In this document: positions 1 through 9,900 of the stretch, piece by piece
How positions within the stretch are numbered: position 1 is the stretch's first letter
Layout of the letters: each line of letters opens with the position of its first letter
Assembly (NCBI RefSeq): GCF_001194135.2
Contig: NC_068989.1
Coordinates: 57,755,270 to 57,791,298 of the forward strand
Length of the DNA stretch: 36,029 nucleotides
DNA from: Octopus bimaculoides
Lineage: Eukaryota
Reading direction: 5' to 3'
Made by a program: the position numbers and the translations under genes
The notes under the pieces: model-generated
What the model saw: only the letters and a program-made list of their open reading frames with translations
What the model was told of the DNA's origin: nothing
The model's database searches: none

Positions 1-414
1 AGATTGCCCAACAATACGACCTCTTTGAAAATCTGACAGTTCTGCTGAATTTTTTGTGTGTGGCATGGTTACTCTTCGCAAATGTTTAATATAATGGCAC
101 TGGAATGAAAAATGTAAGAATAATTACATTGTAAATTCTACACCGCTGAAAACATTAAGACGATTAGATCAGAAATTTTGAAAATTAAATGTGTCTATTT
201 ACTTCCTGCATGTCTGTGTACACACACACACACACACGCACACATATATGTTAGTGTTATTTGATTTCTGAACGGTTTTGCTGCCTTTTGTTTATGTAGT
301 TTGTTTTCTTTATTCAAGTTTCTACTAAGATAGAGGCGCGAGTAAAATTAATAATAGAGAAACGAAAATAAAACTTTGGAAACAGCCTTAAGGGAGGTAA
401 TTGAGAAATACTTG

Positions 415-632
415 AAAGTCAATGTAAGGTAAAGTAAATATAACAAATAATCCAGAATCCTTGTCCTGTACCGGATCTATCCCAAAATCTAACCAGTACA
501 TGCCAGTCATGAAGCCAAACATTCCTGAAAGTTTCATCCAAATCCATCCAGCGGTTCTTTAGATATCTTGTCCATAGACAAACAAACAGGTATGACTGAA
601 AACAACAGCTTCGCCTTTGCTAAGGCGGAGAT
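415..632 (+). mobile_element. Probable Helentron/Helitron-associated non-autonomous element
   Basis: Contains aagtttcatccaaatccatccagcggttc and acaaacaaaca, and ends in a short GC hairpin cttcgcctt-tgct-aaggcggag (609-630). The family call is an inference. Confidence 0.45.
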
Positions 633-723
633 ATAAAAATAATAATCAGTCATACCACACTCTTATGTATTTTAATCCATCATTACTCACATCCCTAACA
701 TTTTCTCCCAGTCAGCAAGTTAT

Positions 724-944
724 TTAACCCTTTTGCATCTACACAGGCCACATCCAGTCCAAATGTTTTATGTTCAAACTGTCAAGATCCAGCCTCACAC
801 ACTTACCCTACAATATCATTGTAAAAATATACAACCACATCATTGAAATCTCAAAGCTCTGAGATAATGCATGATTAATTCAAAACAATGTGAATAAATA
901 AGCATTACATTTGACAGAATAATGTGAATGCCCTTTAGGGTTAA
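724..944. mobile_element. piggyBac-like MITE, copy 1 (TTAA-CCCT...AGGG-TTAA)
   Basis: TTAA at both ends and inverted termini. The internal sequence recurs at ~2039-2210, 8847-9075 and ~10218-10430. Confidence 0.7.
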
Positions 945-1145
945 TGATAATAATCAACATCACTTTTGTTTTAGTCTAACAAATCCATTCATAAGGCTTT
1001 GGTCATCCTGTAACCATAAAAGACTGAACCTAAAACCATGTGGTTGGGAAGGAAGCTTGTTATTCATAGAACCATGCCTCTGATTAATTTACCCAACTTC
1101 TGTATTGTAATTTATCTTTTTTTTTTCTTTTTGCTATTCAAATAG

Positions 1146-1307
1146 ATTGTTGTTGATGATGATCATCGCAAGTCTTGGTCACTCTATGATGCAGGACCAC
1201 GCAGTGTCCGTTGTCCATTGATCTTTTTCCCTCCAGCCAGTGGAACTGCTGATGTATTTTTCAAACAAATTTTCGCCCTGTCAGCTGTTGGCTATAGAGT
1301 AATTGCT
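1146..1307 (+). CDS. SPG21: Maspardin exon ([54 protein letters not shown])
   Basis: Acceptor aatag at 1141-1145, donor gtaagt at 1308; 162 nt, phase 0-0. Confidence 0.95.
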
Positions 1308-2703
1308 GTAAGTATCAACTATGTTATTATTTTGAAAAGTCATCATTCAATCCCCAAGTCGACCGTGATCAAAAACTTACCAACCATAATCTTCCAGCTT
1401 CTTATTGAGGTGTAGTATATCAAGGACTACATTATCCAATGTAAGTTGGCTGCTCTTTCTAGCACCTCAAGCAACCATGTAGACCAGGTTGTGGGTTTGC
1501 CACATTGTCTCCTTGATCAAGGAACTTTATTTTCATTTTGCTTTAGTCTTAGCTGAAAGTATGTACCAGCCCAGTGCAGGTACAGCTTTATTTCCCTGCA
1601 GATGCCACATCCTGGATATTCTTGAATTACATAAGGGAAATGAAACTTAACAAATTTTTAGAAAAAACTCACAGTTTAGGGAAAGTATTTCACATTCAAG
1701 TAGCAAGAAAGTCATAAACATTATGTTTGTCACTGAAATTGTGTTGTCTTTACTAGAAGCAGATCACTAATTTCATCCTAATATCATAACAATGCTGCCT
1801 ACTAAAAGCTTCAAATGACTATTTACTGATCACTATGTGGTACAGCTCTCTAACCTGCCCCTTACTTTAATACAGCCGTCTAGTCCAGTGGTTTTCAACT
1901 GAGGTCCATATGACCCTTCAGGGTCAATATAAGATTTTGTTATTACTATTTATTTGCAATAATCCAGTTATATTTCTACAGCGCACAAAATATTTTAACA
2001 ATTTTTTTTTATACAACTCCTAATAATATATAACATTATTACCCCTTTAGCATTTGAACCAGCTATATCTGGCTTCTCATAACTACCCCACAATGTCATT
2101 ATATAAATAATCACATCATCAATATCTTGTAGCTTCAAGATAATGCATGATTAATTTAAAACAATGTGAATGAATAAGTATTACATTTCACAGAAGAATC
2201 TGAATGCTGATACAATTCCTAATAATATTTAATATTTAGATATTAATATTAAGTATTATCTACATTATTATTTTTATTTGTTTTGCAGGTTGATTATCCT
2301 GTCTATTGGAATTTGAGAGAAATATGTGAAGGATTTCAAAAACTTCTAGATCACCTCCAACTTGATAAGGTAAAAATAAATAATTCAGAGCTATATTTGG
2401 AAAAATAATTTTCAATTTCTAATAGAACTGTTTTAAAATAAACATTTTGTACACAAATTTGTTTAAAGTAATTGTTATTGAAAACTGAAATAGCACATGG
2501 AAAATCATCATCATAATCATTGTTTTAACATCCATTTTTTTCCATGTTTGCATGGGTCAAATGAAATTTGTTGAGGTTGGTTTTCTATGGCTGAATTTCC
2601 TGCTTGTTGCAGATGTCCTTCCTGTCATCTTCTATGCCTAGATACCCTCACTGTTTCCAAACAAGGTGGTAGTTTCCCACACATGGCCAGGAATATTTTC
2701 ACA

Positions 2704-2747
<44 letters not shown>

Positions 2748-5700
2748 GAAGAATTCACAAAAAAATAAAAGACGAAGACAGGTGGTGTTGACAACAAACA
2801 GATGTATTAGTTTAACGCTCAGGAAGCGAAAAAGTCTTTAACGTTTCGAGCCAATGCTCTTCCACAGAAAGGAACACAGAAAGAAGCAAGAAGAGAAAAT
2901 AAAGAATATGTAGTGGCTAGCAATCTATCATGATGAATGGCTGATATATATAAGTGGTGGTTGTCTACTTCTTATGCAAGTCTGACCACCTCTTACACCT
3001 TAGATCCATCATGGCATCTAATGTGGCTTTTTAAGCCAGACAATGTATTGAAAAGACATCCACATAAATTGCATATCTGATTTGGACCACCAAGAGCTGC
3101 AATTAAGATCTGATCTTTGTGGATCTTAAAATGTCTTCTGAGGCCTCTGTTAGATTTGCAGACCTTATGGCATGCACAGCATTGAAAGATGTGCACAGAT
3201 ATCTAGGCAGAGGAGTTGGTGGAGGTTCATTTTTCATGGATCCACAAATGAGATTTGAGCCCTGCAAAACAAAAGCATGGTCTGTCACAAACTGTGCACA
3301 CAAAAAGGTCACTGAGATTCACACACACACATGGGTAACAAGTATGATTTAGAATGGTCAATATTAAGTAGGGCACAACCTTACAACGTAGGAAGATTGA
3401 GATGTGAACTTTGCCTAGAGAAGTTACTCTTAATACTCATTAGAGGACAGCATCTTAGATCAAAGACAGGAATTAGCAATATCAATCTCATCATTTAACA
3501 TCCATTCTCCATACTGGCATGGGTTGGACAGTTCGACAGAGCTGTCAAGCCAGAGGGCTGCACCAGGCACTAATTGTCTGTGTTTGCTAAAAAGATACTC
3601 CATTTTGTATTAATGGAAAAGTATTGTCCCATTCACAGCCATACCAAGCAAGCAACAAACCTTCCAACTGTGTAACACTGAATCTTATACTAAATCGTAA
3701 CTCTAAGCAAGGTTCTTCCTGCAAACACAAACTCTTCAAATCTGTAAGACATTTCAAACCTATAAGATTCTCCAATGGCTAAAAATGACAATCTCTGACT
3801 CCTCTCTACCCTTCTACTAACATCAAACACTGCAGCTTTTCACTCAAGAAACTCTGCTACAATTGTCTAAGAGTTCTACTAGAATAATACCCACGAAAAC
3901 TTTGTACCTAAGGATCCATTTGTAGACTCATACACATATAGGGCAAGGTTCCTAGTGTATATATACATTTTTTAAAGTCAGGTTTACAGGGAGCTTTATA
4001 TACATCTCCAAGAAACATACCTTCCCCAAATAATTCATGTACATCAACGAGCAAGCCAATCATAGTTGTAGTAATTCTACAATTCTCTTTATTTAAAGTA
4101 ATAACGGGTGTCCAACAAACACCTTGCAAAAGTTTTCTTTGTTTCCACCAATGAACAAAGAGTTATTTAACAGTAAAATAACTGAATTCTACCTTTGTTC
4201 CAGGTCCATATATTTGGAGCTTCGCTTGGTGGTTTCATTGCCCAGAAATTTGCCGAATATACTTCCCGTTCACCAAGAGTTGCCTCCCTTATGCTTTGTA
4301 ATTCTTTCAATGATACTTCCATATTCCAACAGACGTCTGCTGCACCAACGTAAGTTTGAGGTCTTTTTGTACTCCTTCCTTTAATCAACAACCTCTGTTT
4401 TTTTTTTTCCCTCAGTTCCAACTTACCAAATCTACTAAGGCCCATGAAGTAGTAGAAGACACTTTCCCAAGGTGCCTGAACCCCAAAACCGTGTGGTTAG
4501 GACACAAAATTCCTTAACCACATAGCCATATATGTGCCTATGTATATATCATTACAATTTAATATTTTGCCATTGTTGTATTCTTGGACACAGAATTTAA
4601 CTCTACTTATATGAGTTACATTTACTTCTGTTGATATCAGTTGAACTGGTTGATAATAGATGCTAGTTCCATTGGCTTTCAGCTGTAAAGCATATCTGGT
4701 CCAAGAATCATTTAAAATATGTTTTATTTTCAAGATAATCTTGACAAGTGTAAACTGTATAAAAGACCTTTAATAAAATTAATGTATATAATACTAAGAA
4801 TTATATGTACTATTATATCATATACATCAGTAATGTATATACTAATAATATTCGTATTATATTTTCAGATTTTGGATGATGCCTGCTTTATTTCTGAAGA
4901 AGATGGTTATCGGTTCATTCCAAAAAGGAATGGTGGATTCCAGTATTGCTGATTCCATAGATTTCCTTGTTGACAAAGTTGGTTTTCGTTTTTAACTACT
5001 GCACGTCTGAATCTAAACTTTTTGTCCTTGTTGCTGCTGCTGCTTTAATTTGACTATGTTTAAATTTATTTAACAATATTCTCTGTTAATAGCAACCAAA
5101 AATTTTCACCATAGAATGCAGAAAGCCATCCTCAGCTCTTTTAATTTATTTTTTAATAAAACAATTCATGACATGTTGTTGAGCTTCCAGCTTAAACCCT
5201 GATCAAGTAGACCTATAAAGAAAGATAGTCCTTCCACTCATGAATCTCACCTTGTTTGTTTTCAGGTATTATATCTATGACTATGTTGTCATTTTATTTT
5301 AAGGTGGTAGTTTTCAGGTGTGTGCGTGTTTCATTTTGTTATTGTGGTTTTCATTCAGATGAAAGAACAATGCTATTATTTTTACAGTTTCCCCAAGACT
5401 ACTGAAGAGAAGCATTATTCATGGGTTGCTCCTGTTGGAAGCTGGGCTTCAATGTACTGAGTTGTCATCAGACTGGACATATTGTCCAAATTTTTACAAC
5501 GGAATGGATTCCACTAGAGACCCCTTTCCTCCAAAGGAGAGATGATGGTGTTGTAACAGGACTGGCAACAGGAACAGTGTCCAGCCACAGAAAATATGTC
5601 TCAATAAATTCTATGTGACTCATGCAAGCATAGAAAAATGTACATTAAAATGATGATGATAATGAAACATCTACATATTCTCATCCATTGTTTTAATATT

Positions 5701-6879
5701 CACTTTTCCATTCTTATATGGATCAGATAGAGTTTATTGAAGCAGATTTTTCAACAGCCAGATGACCTTTCTATTGCCAACTCTCACTCATTTCCAAGTT
5801 AGGTAACACATACCCATGGCTAGACATGTTTTCTGAGAAGAAACAGAACATTGCTTGTATGACTGTGACACCTTTACATTGTTGCTCAAGCTACAGGAAA
5901 TAACAGCCAAATTTCCCTCAAATCACATCTTGCTTTCTTGAATCAAGAAAGGACACATTTAATAATATAGTCCTATATATATATCATCATCATTAGCTGC
6001 ACCAGGTTCCAGTCTGATTCAGCATGGTTTCTACAGCTGGACGCCATTACTTATACCAACCCCTCCAAGAGTATAATGGGTTCTTTTTATGTGCCATTAG
6101 CACAGGTGCCAGTTACATGATAGCCACAACTACGATTTCACTTGGCTTGACAAGTCTTCTCAAGCAAGGCATATTGCCAAAGGTCTCAGTCACTTATCAT
6201 TGCCTCATTCTTTATGTGAATTCGTGTGTTGAAGCATATTTTGTTGTGTCTGGGGAGAGTCATTCTGTTTTAATGCCTTATTAATTAACACACTCACCGG
6301 TTTGATTTCCACTCATTTACTCATTTTTTCTGAAATTTTCGTTGCTTCTTCCAACCGCTTCAGTAGTTACATATATACAAAATGTTGAGTTGCCATGTCT
6401 CTTGAGTGCTACTGGTAACATGTAACTCGGTGCAACCTGTTACTTGGTTGGGCTGTCAATGACTAAACCAACACCACCATCAAGCTAGCTTGGTGAGAAG
6501 GATGCTTTTTGGACACCCTGTGAGATGAGAAATATGACACCCCATCAAGGGGTGGGCTAACACAGAAGTCAACAGTCATCACATATGTGTGTGCAATAAC
6601 TTGGAAATTTCTAGTCTGATACCCATGTGCACATTTAGCCTACCTATTAGGCTATAGCAAAGGCAATGAAGAACTCAAAGAAAAAAGTCTGAGATAGTAG
6701 TTCATTGAGTTTGTGGCAAATATTTGCACCAGTTTTGCTATCAGCATTTCCAGAAAGTGTAGCTGGTTCTATATATAAGCCATCACCACCGAAAACAAAT
6801 CATCTGTGTGAGTAGTATCATGGTTGTTGCCTGTGAGATCTTCATATATCAAAATTGACACTAGAATTTACTACACAAG

Positions 6880-6921
<42 letters not shown>

Positions 6922-9900
6922 TTCATCCCATAAATAATGCAGTTTTTTTATACTTCCTTTATCTTTCAAAATTAGATAAACAATGTTCTTTTTTAATCTA
7001 AAATATACTCTCTTTCATTTTCTACAATGCTCTTCCATCTGTCTGGTAGATTTGCACAGCCCCTCTTCCAAAATTTCCATGATGATAAATACTCCTGCAG
7101 TACTGTTCTGACCTTGTCTATAGAATTCGTATTTTTCCGTCCAAATGATTTTGAAGACTGTAGAATAAATGATATTCAGATGGGGCAAATGTCTGGTAGA
7201 TATGGTGGATGGGGTATCGTTTCCCATTCAAACTGCTCTAGCCTTTGGAATGTCATTGTCGTTGTATGTGGCTGAACATTATCCTGATGGAAGAACACCT
7301 TTCATTTTGAAACCAAAGATGGTTGTTTTTCTTCTAGTGTTAACTTAAGCTGCTCACAATAGATTTCCTTTGGTTTGGGCTTAACCTTTCATATCCCACC
7401 AAACAGATAACAACACCTTACACAGGTGAAGACCTTCTTTAGCCTGGGGTGCCAGTGTTTCTCCTTTGGAAAGTTTGTGAGGAACCCATTGACCCAATTT
7501 GCTGACTTTTCTGATGACACACAGGTGTCAATGAATGGTTGACTGACAAAATCCAAGCTTCTTTGTTAGTTCCTCAACAATTACGATGGGATTTTGTTCA
7601 AACAGGGTTTGCAGAATGTCCTTGTTGAGCTCTACAGATCTCCCAGGGCATGGCTCATCTTCTAGGCTGTAGTTTCCGGCTCAGAATTTCTGGAACCACC
7701 ATTGACACTGACTCAAGCTTATTGTCCAATCCGCATATACTGCATTAATATTCCTTGCATTTTCCATTGCGTTGTTGCCTTTATTGAACTCATAAAGCAA
7801 AATATGCCAAATATGCTCCTCTGTCACTTCCATTATGGCTTTGAAAAAAATAACTGTTAAAATCAAACTGCACCCTTCAATACCTGCACTAAGAATAAGG
7901 ACAAGGCAAAATTATTACCTACTTTTATAGCAAGTTGATGCAGGTTGTTTATCCCACCCTCTTCCAAATTTTAGTTCATGCAATTGAAAAAATCTCATTA
8001 TTTATGGGATGGCCCAATATACATATATATATATATATATATATTGGTATTAGAAAGATCATCCTGGCATTAGGAAGGGCATCCAGCTGTACAATCCATG
8101 CCACAACACACAGTGAAGCCTGGTGCAGTCTTCTGGCTTGCCAACCTCTGTCAAACCATCCAACCCATGTCAGTATAGAGAACGGCCATTAAATGATGAT
8201 AGTGCATAAACTAGGGAAAACCCACCTAGAAGATAGTGTTTCTTCTTGTTAGTAACTTTTGCTGCTTCAAATAAGTAACCATTCCTGTAAGTAAAACCAG
8301 TCACTAATGGAACACAGCATCACAGAAAAAAGAAGTGTATAAAATATGAAAATATTATACATGGAAAGATTTGTGTTATTGCATTCTTCTTTTAAAATGT
8401 TGAAATCTTTAAATCTCTTGAAATCTCTTTCTCTCCTCTTCCTAGTTTTCCTTTCTGTCTTTCCCAATTTCAAATCAGAGTATCAATGAATATAAATGTG
8501 TGCCTTGTTATTTTGCAGCTTGATAGTCTTCCACAGAAAGTATTAGCTTCACGTCTTACACTAAACTGTATGAGCAGTTACATTGAACCACAGAAACTTC
8601 TTTCGGTTGACATAACAATTATGGATGTGAGTATGCTTTATCACACTCTCTTCCTCTCTCTCTCTCCATCTGTAATGTTTTGCTGTCCCTATTGTCTGTT
8701 TCCATGTTTAGTGTTTCCTGTCTTTCTTATCTCTCATACATCAATTCAGTCATGTCCAGTATATCTAGAATATTCCTTCCAGGCTCTTTTAACTATAAGT
8801 GAACTCTAGTCAAGATACATTTTGTGGAGCTTTACCAGGGCTTAAGTTAAGACTTTAGCATTTAATCTGATCATATCCAACCCAAATATTCCACCTGTTT
8901 TATGTTAAAACTGACCAGATACAGCCTCTCACAACTACCCTACAATGTCCTTCTAAAAATATACAAATGCACCATTTAAAATCTTGAAATTACAAGATTA
9001 TATGTGATTAATTGTAAACAATGTGAATAAATTAGCGATACATTTGATAAGGAAATCTGAATCCTAAAGAGTTAAACTAATTAAGTAAACTAGTGATTTA
9101 CTTATTAGAAATCTATAACTAATGACAGTTTCTTAGAAAATAGTTGATATAACAAAAATTAACAAATAGAATATATAAATCATTAATTGTAAGGTTGACA
9201 CTGAACCTAGTAATGAAAAATGCTTATTAAAACTAAGATTTCCTTTTTAGATCAAGTTTCCTTGATCTACACTGACATTTCTCTGATAATCTCTGACCTC
9301 TGTCGCCAACTTCAACTCAGGAACTGATAGGCCACTGTCATTCGCTGGTCAGTCAACATATTGTAGCCAGTCAACCTCTCCTCTTGTGGCTGTGTGTTGG
9401 TTTCTAGGGTAACACAACCCTGATGGATTCGTTCCTTGCCTGGAAGCAGTGCCCAGAAAAACACAGTCTTCTGGCTCTAACTGCCTCTGAAACTTGGACC
9501 CTGACAAAAACGTTACTGCAATGATAAGACATGCTACACTCACTTACTCTGACTCACGCTGAATATCAAATGGCAACAGGGGGTGATCAATAGAGACCTC
9601 TACAGGGACCTTCCCCCAATATCAGAGGTGGTCAGTGCCAAATAAGAAAGTTTTTAAAAAAAATATTCCTGCATAACTCTTAGAAAGAACCACAATACTT
9701 TTACTGCAGATCTCATACAGCCACTCAATTTCATTACCCTAACTGCAGAATGCAGTTTTATACACCAATCTATCTTTTGTTGAGGAATGTCATGTTTGAA
9801 ATTATTTTTTATTAAGATATGTCAAGTTTATTGGGACAATGTGACTTGAAGTAAACACTAATTCTAGTTTTTGGTAGATATTTAACACCATTACTGGGAT

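Noticed and set aside
3587-4129. Two minus-strand ORFs in a maspardin intron
   Set aside because: No recognisable motifs; possibly a decayed repeat that I cannot assign.
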